Shown here: piece by piece, positions 21,059 through 31,222 of the stretch
How the letters are laid out: the number at the start of each line of letters is the position of its first letter
Numbering within the stretch: position 1 is the stretch's first letter
Sequence record: SRR22947727_660
Strand: one strand, 5' to 3'
DNA length: 42,717 nt
Notes under the pieces: model-generated
The model's input: only the letters and a program-made list of their open reading frames with translations
Told to the model about the DNA's origin: nothing
The model's database searches: none
Translations under genes and position numbers: made by a program

Positions 21059-21571
21059 ATGGAAAACATTATTTCAACTAAAACAATTTACGAACCAGAC
21101 TCAGCAATTTTTATAGACCAAGATAAAACTACAATAAATGTTAAAGTAAAAGAACAGTTTATAGTTAAAGATTGGTCAGGTAACGAACATCCAAAAGAAA
21201 ACACATTTATTAGAACTATAAGAGTAGAACCTTCTGATTCATTTACTGAATTTTTAGAACAAATTTCTTTAGAAAATGTAGAACAAAATACATTAAAAAC
21301 TAATGATTTAATCGAAAAACAAAATAAAGAATTTGAAACTAAAATAAAAAAAAATATTTTCAAAGAATTGAATTCAAAACCTATAGAACAAATATCCACG
21401 TTTGATATAAATAATTTATCAGACGAAGATTTATTTAAATTAAAATTACAGTCGTTTGAAATAGAAAAAGTTAAAAATTCAACTAACAGAGAATTGAAAG
21501 CTTCGTTGAGAAAGTCTTCTAATTTTATGGAAACTGTTGCATATACAGTTGCTATTATTCTTGACAAATAA
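21059..21571 (+). CDS. hypothetical protein
   Basis: 170-aa ORF with an AGGA RBS and a charged helical C-terminus. Overlaps the first radical SAM gene. Confidence 0.65.
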   Translation: MENIISTKTIYEPDSAIFIDQDKTTINVKVKEQFIVKDWSGNEHPKENTFIRTIRVEPSDSFTEFLEQISLENVEQNTLKTNDLIEKQNKEFETKIKKNIFKELNSKPIEQISTFDINNLSDEDLFKLKLQSFEIEKVKNSTNRELKASLRKSSNFMETVAYTVAIILDK

Positions 21572-22976
21572 ATTACCATCAGAAACCTTTTGCGCTTTAC
21601 CTTGGCTACATCTTTCAACTAGACCTAATGGTCACATGAGAGTATGTTGTACAGCTAATGCTAGTGCTGTGAGTGTCAATGCAGACTCTAATAATAAAAC
21701 AATTTCTGAATCTGGTGTGTTAAAAAGAGATGATGGAAAGCCAGCCAATCTTGCAACAACAGGGTTATTAGAATCATGGAATAATGAATACATGAAAAGT
21801 ATTCGTAAAATGATGCTTAAAGGAGAACAACCTCAGTCGTGTACAAAGTGTTTCAAAGAAGAAGAAGCCGGACACAGAAGTAAAAGAATATGGGAAACAC
21901 GTAAGTGGGTAAACGAATTAGGTATCGATGATATTATAGGTAATACAAAAGAAGACGGTAGTGTTGATCCTAAAATAAGATATATAGATCTTAGACTTGG
22001 ATCTAAATGTCAACTTGCATGTGTAATGTGTTCTCCTCATGATAGTTCTAATTGGGTACCTGAACATAAAAAAATATATCCTACATTGAAAAACGATCAA
22101 TTAAAAAAATCTATGGCATGGGAAAAAGAATCTGGTAAGCTAGCTTGGTCTGGTGGTTCGTATAATTGGCATAAAAAAAATCCTAGCTTTTGGAAAGAAT
22201 TGTATGAACAATTACCTCACCTTAAACAGTTATATTGGGCAGGTGGTGAATCTCTTATAATGGATGATCATTATACTTTATTAGAAAAAATTATTAAAGA
22301 CGGGCTAGCTAAAAATATTGAATTAAGATATAATAGTAATGGTATTGAGTGGAGAGAAGATTTATTTGATTTGTGGAAGCAGTTTCGTAATGTTATATTT
22401 CATTTTTCAATAGATGATATAGAAGAAAGATTAGAATATATAAGATACCCAAGCGATTGGAATCAAATAGAACAACAGATTCATAAATTAGATAATTATC
22501 CTCATGGAAATTTATCACTCACTACTGCTTGGACTGGAATAGCTTTAAACATATATTATCTACCAGAATTTTTAAAATGGAAACTTAAAAGTAAATTTAA
22601 ACTACTTAATAAATGGCCAAGTGGTGCTGGAATGTTTTCTTGTCATCTAGCTTATTGGCCTCCACAATTAAACATTAAAGTTCTACCACAATGGTTTAAA
22701 AATGAAACATCACAGAAGTTTGATGAAGAATTATATCCTTGGTTAAAAGAAAATTGGAAAATGTGTACCGGCACTGAAGATATAAGTTATGAAGTCTGGT
22801 CTCAAAGCGAGTATGGTATAAAAAGAATACAAGGACTTTTAAACTTTATGCATGCTGAAGATTGGTCTACAAGATTAAATGCTACTAACGAATGGTGTTA
22901 TAAAGTTGCTAAACAAAGAAATCTAGATTTCAATAAAACATTTCCTGAAATGGATTGGTTAGAGTGGTACAAATGA
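21537..22976 (+). CDS. radical SAM protein with N-terminal SPASM/twitch-like Cys cluster (start may be TTG 21561)
   Basis: CxxxCxxC (CQLACVMC), AGGE and YNSNG motifs. N-terminal FCALPW...RVCC...CTKC. Confidence 0.88.
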   Translation: MHIQLLLFLTNKLPSETFCALPWLHLSTRPNGHMRVCCTANASAVSVNADSNNKTISESGVLKRDDGKPANLATTGLLESWNNEYMKSIRKMMLKGEQPQSCTKCFKEEEAGHRSKRIWETRKWVNELGIDDIIGNTKEDGSVDPKIRYIDLRLGSKCQLACVMCSPHDSSNWVPEHKKIYPTLKNDQLKKSMAWEKESGKLAWSGGSYNWHKKNPSFWKELYEQLPHLKQLYWAGGESLIMDDHYTLLEKIIKDGLAKNIELRYNSNGIEWREDLFDLWKQFRNVIFHFSIDDIEERLEYIRYPSDWNQIEQQIHKLDNYPHGNLSLTTAWTGIALNIYYLPEFLKWKLKSKFKLLNKWPSGAGMFSCHLAYWPPQLNIKVLPQWFKNETSQKFDEELYPWLKENWKMCTGTEDISYEVWSQSEYGIKRIQGLLNFMHAEDWSTRLNATNEWCYKVAKQRNLDFNKTFPEMDWLEWYK

Positions 22977-24307
22977 GTAAAACTTTTTGTCCATTGCCTT
23001 GGAATAGTATAAATTTACGTAACAATGGCGACATGAGAATATGTTGTAATACAAATAGCTATACTCTCAATAGAGGTTTATTAAAAAAAGAAGACGGAAC
23101 TTATTTTAACGCAGGTAAAGATGATTGGAATGAAGCAAGAAACGCTCCTCTTTTGAAAGAAGTAAGAGCCACTATGATGAAAGACAAATGGCATCCAGAA
23201 TGCGAACGTTGTAGACAAGAAGAAGTGAATGGTGTTAAAAGTAGAAGAGAATATGAGAAAGAGGATTGGGTAGAAACAAACGTATTAGATAATACTAAAA
23301 AAGACGGTACGTTGGATACATCTAAACAAAAGATTGAATTTATGGATTTGAGATATGGGAATTTTTGTAATTTAAAATGTAGAATGTGTGGTCCAACAGA
23401 TAGTAATAAATGGTACGATGATCTTGCTAAACTACAAAATTCAGATACACCTACTTTCAAAGATGGTTCTTCAGAAGTTACTTTACATAAAAATAAAAAA
23501 GGTAAATTAGATACTGATCATTTCAATTGGTTTAAAAATAATAATAGATATTGGTCAAATTTTGAACAGTATGCACCAGATGCTAAAAAACTTTATATAG
23601 TAGGAGGTGAACCTCTTATAATTCCTGAGCATCAAGAAAGCCTACAAAGATTAGTGGACAGTGGTAAATCTAAAAATATAGAGCTAGAGTATAACAGTAA
23701 CCTTACAATGGTTCCTAATAAATTAATTTCTTTATGGGAACAATTTAAAGAAATAAGAATAGGTGTTAGTATAGATGGTATAGACGAAGTGTTTGATTAT
23801 CAACGTACACCTGCTAAATTTTCAAACGTATATAAAAATATGCTTTCTTTACAGAATAATGATATCATTAATTTAAAAGCATGGTTTGCTTTTACTATCA
23901 CACCATATAATATATTCCATCTTCCTGAATTTATGAAATGGAAACTTGAAAAAAGTGGTTTAGATAAATTTAATCCTCTTTTGGGTCCTAGACCATTAGT
24001 AACACACCACATGTGTCATAGTCCTAAATATTTTAACATAAAAGTTTTACCTTTAGATACAAAAAATCAAGTATGGGATTATTTTGAATTATATAAAGAT
24101 TGGATTTATTCTACTAAATATTCTGAACATGTTAAAAATAATTTTACAAAAATTTTAGACGGTGTTGTGAGATTTATGATGAGTGAAGATTATTCAAAAC
24201 AATACTTACATGAGTTTATAAGTCAAACAAAAAAATTAGACATAATAAGAAATCAAGATGTAACTAAAATAGTACCTCAATTTAAAGGATTATTTGATGG
24301 AAGATAA
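22973..24307 (+). CDS. radical SAM protein with N-terminal SPASM/twitch-like Cys cluster
   Basis: CNLKCRMC, VGGEP and YNSN motifs, plus FCPLPW...RICC...CERC. ATG 22973 forms an ATGA overlap with the upstream stop (the track start is 22955). Confidence 0.88.
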   Translation: MSKTFCPLPWNSINLRNNGDMRICCNTNSYTLNRGLLKKEDGTYFNAGKDDWNEARNAPLLKEVRATMMKDKWHPECERCRQEEVNGVKSRREYEKEDWVETNVLDNTKKDGTLDTSKQKIEFMDLRYGNFCNLKCRMCGPTDSNKWYDDLAKLQNSDTPTFKDGSSEVTLHKNKKGKLDTDHFNWFKNNNRYWSNFEQYAPDAKKLYIVGGEPLIIPEHQESLQRLVDSGKSKNIELEYNSNLTMVPNKLISLWEQFKEIRIGVSIDGIDEVFDYQRTPAKFSNVYKNMLSLQNNDIINLKAWFAFTITPYNIFHLPEFMKWKLEKSGLDKFNPLLGPRPLVTHHMCHSPKYFNIKVLPLDTKNQVWDYFELYKDWIYSTKYSEHVKNNFTKILDGVVRFMMSEDYSKQYLHEFISQTKKLDIIRNQDVTKIVPQFKGLFDGR

Positions 24308-25688
24308 TGGTGTAATATGTATGTTGCCTTGGTTACATTTTACTGTTACTATGAATGATAGTATAAGACCTTGTTGTAGATTTAGTCAAAAATCCAAAGT
24401 AAAAATTGATAACTATTACAAGGAATACGAATGGTTAAGAAAAAATATGCTTGATGGAGTTAAAACTAAAGAATGTACAAGATGTTATATAGAAGATAAA
24501 AATACAAAATCTATGAGATCAACAGCCAATTTAAACTTTAAGTTAAAAGAAATAAACAACTTAACTGTTCAACCATTACCTTTGCAATTTATTGAAATAA
24601 GTTTAGATAACATATGTAATCTTGAATGTAAAATGTGCAATAGTTTGTATTCCTCAAAGTTATTAAAAAGAGATATTATGTTAAACGATAGTAATCCAAA
24701 TATGTTTGGTAATGACATACAATTTAGTAAACCTGTTAAAGTTAATAACAAAACAAGATTCGAAAAGTTGAAAGCGTTGGACATATCGTGGGAGCATTTA
24801 ACTGAAATAAAATTATTAGGGGGAGAGCCTTTTTTATCTCCTCAGTTTAAAGAATTTTTAATTTTTTTTATATCTAAAGGTAACCCTGATAAAATTACAT
24901 TAGAAATTGTTACTAATTGTACTAATAAATTACAAGATGATGTTATAATATTATTAAACAAATTTAAAAAAATAAGACTAACTGGTAGCATAGATGGCGT
25001 ATACAAGTACAATGATTATCAAAGAGTCAATAGTAATTTTGAAGATTCAGTTAAAAATTATAAATTATATCTTCAACAACTTAACAATATAGTCAAACCT
25101 CATATACACATAACATGGTCTATTTTAAATATTAATTGTATTAATAAAACAATTGATTTTTGGGAAAACGAGAAAAAGAATTTACCTGGTCTATCAATTT
25201 CATCTGCAGTTGCAAATGGCATATTGTCTCCTACACATGCTCCTCCTTGGTATCACGTTTGGCTAGATAATATAGTAAATTGGGACCAAGATAAAATGAC
25301 TAAAGTTACTAAACAAATATTAAATGAAACTTCAAAGTTTAGTTATAAAGATTGGAAATTAATTCAAAAACAAATTAAACTTACAGATGAATTTTACAAA
25401 ATGTATTTGAAAGACTATAATCCAGAACTTTATAATTTTTTTATAAAGTATGAAAAATATGATAATTTTATTGAAGATGTTGCTTCAGAACAATTTAATT
25501 TAATTGAAGAATTTAAAACAAGACATGACAAAGAAGTATCTGAATTAAATTTAAGGAATAGACAAACTAATCTAAGGAATAGACAAACTAATCAAAACCT
25601 TCAAAACTATATTAAAAAAGAAACAATAGAAAAAGTTATAGGTAAGTCATTATATAATTTTTACTTTGATCGAAACAATGAAATGTAA
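24297..25688 (+). CDS. radical SAM protein with N-terminal Cys cluster and C-terminal coiled-coil extension
   Basis: CNLECKMC, LGGEPF and ICMLPW...RPCC...CTRC motifs. The track start is 24294. Confidence 0.85.
   Translation: MEDNGVICMLPWLHFTVTMNDSIRPCCRFSQKSKVKIDNYYKEYEWLRKNMLDGVKTKECTRCYIEDKNTKSMRSTANLNFKLKEINNLTVQPLPLQFIEISLDNICNLECKMCNSLYSSKLLKRDIMLNDSNPNMFGNDIQFSKPVKVNNKTRFEKLKALDISWEHLTEIKLLGGEPFLSPQFKEFLIFFISKGNPDKITLEIVTNCTNKLQDDVIILLNKFKKIRLTGSIDGVYKYNDYQRVNSNFEDSVKNYKLYLQQLNNIVKPHIHITWSILNINCINKTIDFWENEKKNLPGLSISSAVANGILSPTHAPPWYHVWLDNIVNWDQDKMTKVTKQILNETSKFSYKDWKLIQKQIKLTDEFYKMYLKDYNPELYNFFIKYEKYDNFIEDVASEQFNLIEEFKTRHDKEVSELNLRNRQTNLRNRQTNQNLQNYIKKETIEKVIGKSLYNFYFDRNNEM
25552..25593 (+). 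repeat. exact 21-bp tandem duplication (taaggaatagacaaactaatc x2)
   Basis: Read directly. It is in frame and encodes NLRNRQT NLRNRQT. Confidence 0.9.
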
Positions 25689-26868
25689 ACATGCATGGAC
25701 ACATTTAGATTTTAAACCTGGAGGTTATGCTCCTTGTTACAGATTTAAATTATATAATAATAAATTAGGTAAAATTCCAGATTTACCTTCTGATGTGATT
25801 AACAACGAACATTGGAAAGATATAAGAAGACAACTTAGAAGAAACGAATGGCCTGAAGGTTGTAAAGATTGTCGTATACAAGAAGAAAATAATATTAAAT
25901 CATATAGACAAAGATCTTTAGAAAGTACTATTTCAACACCTGATTATGATAATGACAATGTTGTTATTACTGATTTACAATTGAAGATGAGCAATACGTG
26001 TAATTTTAATTGTATGCATTGTGATGTAAAATCAAATTCTAATTTTCTTTTAGTTGGAAATAAAAACAAATATATTGCTGAAACTTTATATAAAAATCAT
26101 AATTTTGATCATGTTATTAGTAAAAGAGGTAAGGTGATTAATAAACCTACAAGTAAGGTAATGGATGATCTATTTTGTAATGTTATTCCTAATGTACAAA
26201 CGTTAGAATTCTCAGGTGGTGAACCTTTTTATCATATAGAAATGTACAAAACACTTGAAAGAATGATAAATGATAAAAACATTGACACAAAAAAAATTAC
26301 ATTAACTTACAACACTAACATGAGTTTAATAAAATTTAAAAATTATGATTTGATAGATCTATGGAAACATTTCAAAGGTGTAAGTATTACAGTTAGTTTT
26401 GATGGTACTGGTAATTTGTTTAATTATTTTAGACACAAAGGTGATTACGATCAAGTTGTCAAAAATCTTAAAACAATTGTTAACAATTGTAAAAATTTAA
26501 AAAGTTTATTATTAGTTTGTACATCATGTAGTTACCATGTTTTTTATATGAATGAAATTTCTAAAGATTTTATAAAATTAAGAAAAGAATTAAACAAAAT
26601 TTCCTATAACAATTTAGAGATTAATATTAGAACTACCTTTGTTCACTCTCCTGCTGGTTTAGATATAGTTAATTTAGACGAGAAAACAAAAGTTACTTTA
26701 CTCAACGAAATAGAAGAAAACGAATTTACTAAAGATATTATTAAAAGACTCAAAGGTAAGAGAACAATACCAAAAGAAACATTTAAAGATATAGTTAAAA
26801 TGCAAGATACGTTATATAATAGAGATGCCTCATTGTTAGCACCTAGGATATTTGATTATGTTTATTGA
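25678..26868 (+). CDS. radical SAM protein
   Basis: CNFNCMHC, SGGEPF and YNTN motifs, plus N-terminal KCKHAW...PC...CKDC. ATG 25678 is the likely start (track start 25666). Confidence 0.85.
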   Translation: MKCKHAWTHLDFKPGGYAPCYRFKLYNNKLGKIPDLPSDVINNEHWKDIRRQLRRNEWPEGCKDCRIQEENNIKSYRQRSLESTISTPDYDNDNVVITDLQLKMSNTCNFNCMHCDVKSNSNFLLVGNKNKYIAETLYKNHNFDHVISKRGKVINKPTSKVMDDLFCNVIPNVQTLEFSGGEPFYHIEMYKTLERMINDKNIDTKKITLTYNTNMSLIKFKNYDLIDLWKHFKGVSITVSFDGTGNLFNYFRHKGDYDQVVKNLKTIVNNCKNLKSLLLVCTSCSYHVFYMNEISKDFIKLRKELNKISYNNLEINIRTTFVHSPAGLDIVNLDEKTKVTLLNEIEENEFTKDIIKRLKGKRTIPKETFKDIVKMQDTLYNRDASLLAPRIFDYVY

Positions 26869-27367
26869 CAAAGACACAACGATTACAATTAATAGACCTC
26901 ACTCAACAATTTATATAAAAGAAAACTATGTTAAAAAAATATTGCATAAAGATTATAAACATTTAAACCACGACGGATGGTTAGACAAATATAACCATCT
27001 TAGAGAATATTGCCCACAGCTAGTTAAAATATATAGTATAAATAATAATGAAATAATCATGGAAAAAGTTATTGGAATTAATGTTGATGATTACAAATAT
27101 GAAGATATTATAAAAGAAACACAATTGTTTAATATAAGTATTAACATTAATTTATTAGTATCACAATTATATAATTTTTCAAAAAATGTAGGTGAGCAAT
27201 GTATACATCGAGATTTAACTCTTTCAAATATTATAGATATAGGTAAAGGTGAATTAAAGATAATAGATCCTGAATCTATATGGTTTGATATAAAGTTAAA
27301 CAACTTCCCATATTTAAAAACACAAATTCAATTAACCGAATTGTTTACAATAATTGGTAATAGATAA
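26858..27367 (+). CDS. small protein-kinase/phosphotransferase-fold protein
   Basis: YVKK, IIMEKV.G, HRDL.LSNII and LKIIDP match the kinase catalytic loop and Mg-binding motifs. The track start is 26852. Confidence 0.65.
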   Translation: MFIDKDTTITINRPHSTIYIKENYVKKILHKDYKHLNHDGWLDKYNHLREYCPQLVKIYSINNNEIIMEKVIGINVDDYKYEDIIKETQLFNISININLLVSQLYNFSKNVGEQCIHRDLTLSNIIDIGKGELKIIDPESIWFDIKLNNFPYLKTQIQLTELFTIIGNR

Positions 27368-28392
27368 TGACCTATGAATATAAAAATATTCGAATGGTTC
27401 ATTTAGAAACTACGCAACTTTGTCAAGCATCATGTCCTATGTGTGATAGAAATATGAATGGTGGGGAAGTTAATCCTTATCTTAAAAATAAATCTTTATC
27501 CTTAGAAAACATTAAACATATTTTTCCTGAAAGTTTTTTACACCAATTAAATTATATATATTTTTGTGGTAATCATGGAGACCCTATATTTGCACCTGAG
27601 TGTTTAGAAATGTTTGAATATATGAGATCAAAAAACAAGTATCTTAATTTAGGTATTACTACAAATGGTGGAGCTAGAAAACCTGATTGGTGGACCAAGT
27701 TAGCTAAATTAAATGTACATGTGAACTTTTCTGTTGATGGTTTAGAAGATACAAATCACTTATATAGACAGGGTGTTGTTTGGAAAAACGTAGAGGAGAA
27801 TATTGATGCTTTTACTACTGCAGGAGGTAAAGGTGATTGGACTTTTTTAGTTTTTAATTACAATGAGCATCAGGTAGAAGAAGCTGAAAGATACTCAAAG
27901 TTATTAGGTATTAATAAATTTATAGTAAAAAAATCAGGTAGATATCTTACTTCTAATTTAGAAAAAAAAGAACAACATCAAGCAATTTTTAGAGAAGGTT
28001 TAGGAACACTTTTAAGTAAACCAAAACAAATGAAATATAGAAATAAAGAATTAGAAAGAGATATAGATATTAATAAATCTCTTAAATTTTTTGATGTAGT
28101 ACCTAAATGTGTTCAAAAAAAAGAAATTTACATATCAGCTGAAGGTTTTGTTTTACCTTGTTGTTGGACCGCTGGTCAAATGTATAAATGGTATTTAGAT
28201 CCAGAAGCATCTGAAATTTGGAAATATATAAAAAATTATAATATTAATTCTTTAGATAGTTCAATTGAAGAGGTAATGGAAAATGGTTTTTTTGAAAAAA
28301 TACAACAAAGTTGGAAAGGTGAGGATAGAATGAAAGTTTGTACTGTTAAATGTAATAATAAATTTGATCCTTTTACAGCTCAATGGAATTAA
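27367..28392 (+). CDS. radical SAM protein with C-terminal SPASM/twitch domain
   Basis: CQASCPMC, CGNHGDP, TTNGG and FSVDGL motifs. C-terminal C....IYI...G.V.PCCW...C...C. Confidence 0.88.
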   Translation: MTYEYKNIRMVHLETTQLCQASCPMCDRNMNGGEVNPYLKNKSLSLENIKHIFPESFLHQLNYIYFCGNHGDPIFAPECLEMFEYMRSKNKYLNLGITTNGGARKPDWWTKLAKLNVHVNFSVDGLEDTNHLYRQGVVWKNVEENIDAFTTAGGKGDWTFLVFNYNEHQVEEAERYSKLLGINKFIVKKSGRYLTSNLEKKEQHQAIFREGLGTLLSKPKQMKYRNKELERDIDINKSLKFFDVVPKCVQKKEIYISAEGFVLPCCWTAGQMYKWYLDPEASEIWKYIKNYNINSLDSSIEEVMENGFFEKIQQSWKGEDRMKVCTVKCNNKFDPFTAQWN

Positions 28393-29123
28393 GAAATACA
28401 AATTTTGATAAAGTTAAAGTAGACATTAAAAATAATACAGTTTACAAATTTATCAATTTAAAAAACAATAATGATAAAAAACAATTTGAAAGTTTAAAAA
28501 AATATATTTTCTATATTTCAGAACAAATAGATTTTTTACCTAATGTTAAAATTTATGAGAATAGAGAATACGAAGCAGTGATAGGAACTAATTTTTTAAA
28601 AAATATAAATTCTTTTTACCGACTTCTAGAAAACAGATATGCGTTTACTAACAATGATTTAAAAAATTTTTATTTTTTTGTTAATGGAATAATTAATTTA
28701 AACTTCTTGAATGTTTCAAATTCTATATTCAAAAAAAACGATTTAATAATTTGTTATGATCCAGGGGATCATGTTAATTTTTTAAAAAAAGTATTCTTAG
28801 ACAAAAATAATAAAATTTGGTTATTGCTTAATTACACTGATATTAAAATATTAACTATTAAAAAATTGATATCTAATTATACATATCAACAAAAAGATTA
28901 CATTAACAATAGCTTGAATTATATCTACGAAAAAGTACGTGATGAGAGAGTAGAACAAGATAAAGTACGGGATGTTAAAAATATAAAATTTCAATTACAA
29001 AATACAATAAAAAAACAAAATGAATTAATTATTAAATTGCAAAATGATAGAATAAAATATTCAGATGTACAAAAAATATTAGGAGATAATTTATTCAGTC
29101 AATACTTTGGAGATAAAAAATGA
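28383..29123 (+). CDS. hypothetical protein (possibly a degenerate kinase-like fold with a coiled-coil C-terminus)
   Basis: Lys/Asn-rich ORF overlapping both neighbours, with no intact catalytic motifs. Its C-terminal motif resembles that of the 24297 radical SAM protein. Confidence 0.5.
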   Translation: MELRNTNFDKVKVDIKNNTVYKFINLKNNNDKKQFESLKKYIFYISEQIDFLPNVKIYENREYEAVIGTNFLKNINSFYRLLENRYAFTNNDLKNFYFFVNGIINLNFLNVSNSIFKKNDLIICYDPGDHVNFLKKVFLDKNNKIWLLLNYTDIKILTIKKLISNYTYQQKDYINNSLNYIYEKVRDERVEQDKVRDVKNIKFQLQNTIKKQNELIIKLQNDRIKYSDVQKILGDNLFSQYFGDKK

Positions 29124-29473
29124 TATACAGAACTAGAAAAATGATAGCTCCAAAAGATTTAAATGCTATAGGTGTATTATTTGGAGGAAGAGTACTTGAT
29201 TGGATTGACGAAGAAGCATATATCTATGTTAGTTGTCAACTTAATAGTAGAAATGTTGTTACTAGAACTATAGGTAAAATAGATTTTATCGCAGGTGCTG
29301 AACATGGTGACATAGTTGAAATTGGAATGGATACAATAAAAATAGGAAAAACTAGTATAACAATAAAAGCTACAGTAAGAAATATAAAAACAAAAAAAAT
29401 TATTACTGAAGTAGACGATATAGTGTTTGTTAATATAAAAGATGGAAAACCACATCCACATGGAATTGAATAA
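29120..29473 (+). CDS. acyl-CoA thioesterase (hotdog fold, YciA-like)
   Basis: DLN..G.LFGG.VL.WIDE, IDF......GD.VE and G.TSI motifs. Confidence 0.85.
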   Translation: MIYRTRKMIAPKDLNAIGVLFGGRVLDWIDEEAYIYVSCQLNSRNVVTRTIGKIDFIAGAEHGDIVEIGMDTIKIGKTSITIKATVRNIKTKKIITEVDDIVFVNIKDGKPHPHGIE

Positions 29474-30506
29474 AAGCAAATATAATTTCAACGATATACC
29501 ATTTAAAGATATAGAAATGGTTGGTCAACATACTATGGTAATAAGAGATTTGTTTACTGTATCTTGGTTGTTAGGAAGATTTTGTAATTACAATTGTTCT
29601 TATTGTTGGCCTTATGCTAGATCAAGTAAGAAAGATCATAGAGATACAGATTTATGTTTAATGACTATAGACGAAATAAAAAGACAAGCGAGGGACAATG
29701 GGTTTAATTCATTTCATTTTTCACTTAGTGGCGGTGAACCTACTTTTCATCCAGGGTATTTGGAAATACTCGAGCATCTTGCTGATGACGCTAATAATTG
29801 CAATTATACTTCTATACATATGACAACTAACTTATCAAGGAAAGGACCTTGGTGGGATAAGTATTTAGATATAGCTAAGAAATTTAACAGAGCTTCTATA
29901 ACAGCTTCTTGTCATAGAGAGTCAATCAATACACAAGCCAAGTTAGAAGAGTTTAGAGATAAGTTAGTTTACTTACAAGACAATGGAACTAAAATTACTA
30001 TTAATCAAGTGATGTTAGTTGATACATTTTGGCAGTGTTTAGAAGACGCTAACTTCTTTGCAGAAAAAAATATTAACGTAACTCTTAAACCTCAATCAGA
30101 TCCAACAGCTTCTTTTGTTGTTGATGGTTATACCGACGAGATGTTGGACATATTACACAATGGTATGCCTCAAAAAGTTGAGGGTAAACAAATTTTTCAA
30201 GTTGAAATGAGAGACTCAAAAAATAAAATATGGTGGATGGATCAAGCTGAAAGATTTAATGCTTTTAATTTTAACAAATTTGAAGGATGGGAATGTTCTT
30301 CAGGTTATAGATCAATAATAATTAGAGAACCAGACGGTAGTGTTAAACGTAGTTATAGTTGTAGAGATAAACCTTTAGGTTATATTCATAAAGGTTTTAA
30401 ATTATTTGACAAGCCTAAAATATGTTCGACAAAAACATGTGTATCTTCTGCTGATAGTAAAATACCTAAACGTAAAATAGGTACAGGTCATAAATTATGG
30501 CCATAA
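29460..30506 (+). CDS. radical SAM protein
   Basis: CNYNCSYC, SGGEPT and MTTNLS motifs. C-terminal W.C..G...I...G...R..C...C....C cluster. The track start is 29442. Confidence 0.85.
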   Translation: MELNKSKYNFNDIPFKDIEMVGQHTMVIRDLFTVSWLLGRFCNYNCSYCWPYARSSKKDHRDTDLCLMTIDEIKRQARDNGFNSFHFSLSGGEPTFHPGYLEILEHLADDANNCNYTSIHMTTNLSRKGPWWDKYLDIAKKFNRASITASCHRESINTQAKLEEFRDKLVYLQDNGTKITINQVMLVDTFWQCLEDANFFAEKNINVTLKPQSDPTASFVVDGYTDEMLDILHNGMPQKVEGKQIFQVEMRDSKNKIWWMDQAERFNAFNFNKFEGWECSSGYRSIIIREPDGSVKRSYSCRDKPLGYIHKGFKLFDKPKICSTKTCVSSADSKIPKRKIGTGHKLWP

Positions 30507-31222
30507 TAAACTTTTTCACATTTAAATGGGGAGCTAAATATGGCCCAGAATACGTCAATAGACTTTATGGAAGTTTACGGAATAACTGTAGTCACAATTT
30601 TATACTTAATGTTATTACTGACAACGTTCACGATATTGATAGCAATATCAATATTATCGATTATACCAGCTTTGATCCTTTTTGTTATCCAAAAAATCAA
30701 ATCTTTACTCGAGAAAAACTCGTCTTATTCAACAAGTTCGTAGAAGGTAGAAATTGTTGGTTAGATTTAGATATATTAATACATGATAATATAGATGAAC
30801 TAATTGAACAAGAATTACCTAGGCCTAAATTTATATGGAACTACTGGAATGATTATAAAGAACGTTCAGAGAAATGGTACGGTAAAGGGGTGTCTTGTCA
30901 CGTTAATTCCTCAGTTGTAATGTGGGAAGGTGATAATGGTAGGTACTTATACGACTTACTTGTAGATAAAGAAAAAGAAGCTTTCTTTACATACAAATCT
31001 TTAGATAAGTTTTTATTCTATCAAGCTCACAGAAAAGGTTTACTTGATTATTGGGATGAAGGTATAGTAAGTAATTATAACAAAGAATATTTTAAAAGAA
31101 AAGGCAAAATAAGTATATTCAACACTTCACATATTTTGCATAATAAAGGTATTACTGAACAAGCATTTGAGTTAGATGAGGTACAAGGATGGGCAGAAGA
31201 GATCTGGAAAAGTTATTATTAG
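30497..31222 (+). CDS. GT-A fold glycosyltransferase-like protein
   Basis: KWG.KY.PEYVN.LY, .TD, K..LF, DxD (WLDLDILI) and NSSV..W motifs typical of phage GT-like nucleotide-diphospho-sugar transferases. Confidence 0.72.
   Translation: MAIINFFTFKWGAKYGPEYVNRLYGSLRNNCSHNFILNVITDNVHDIDSNINIIDYTSFDPFCYPKNQIFTREKLVLFNKFVEGRNCWLDLDILIHDNIDELIEQELPRPKFIWNYWNDYKERSEKWYGKGVSCHVNSSVVMWEGDNGRYLYDLLVDKEKEAFFTYKSLDKFLFYQAHRKGLLDYWDEGIVSNYNKEYFKRKGKISIFNTSHILHNKGITEQAFELDEVQGWAEEIWKSYY

Noticed and set aside
27037-27044. Intragenic TATAAATA copies (also near 5973 and 33068)
   Set aside because: They are inside coding sequence, not just upstream of a start, and are expected by chance in such AT-rich DNA. 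They cannot be supported as promoters.
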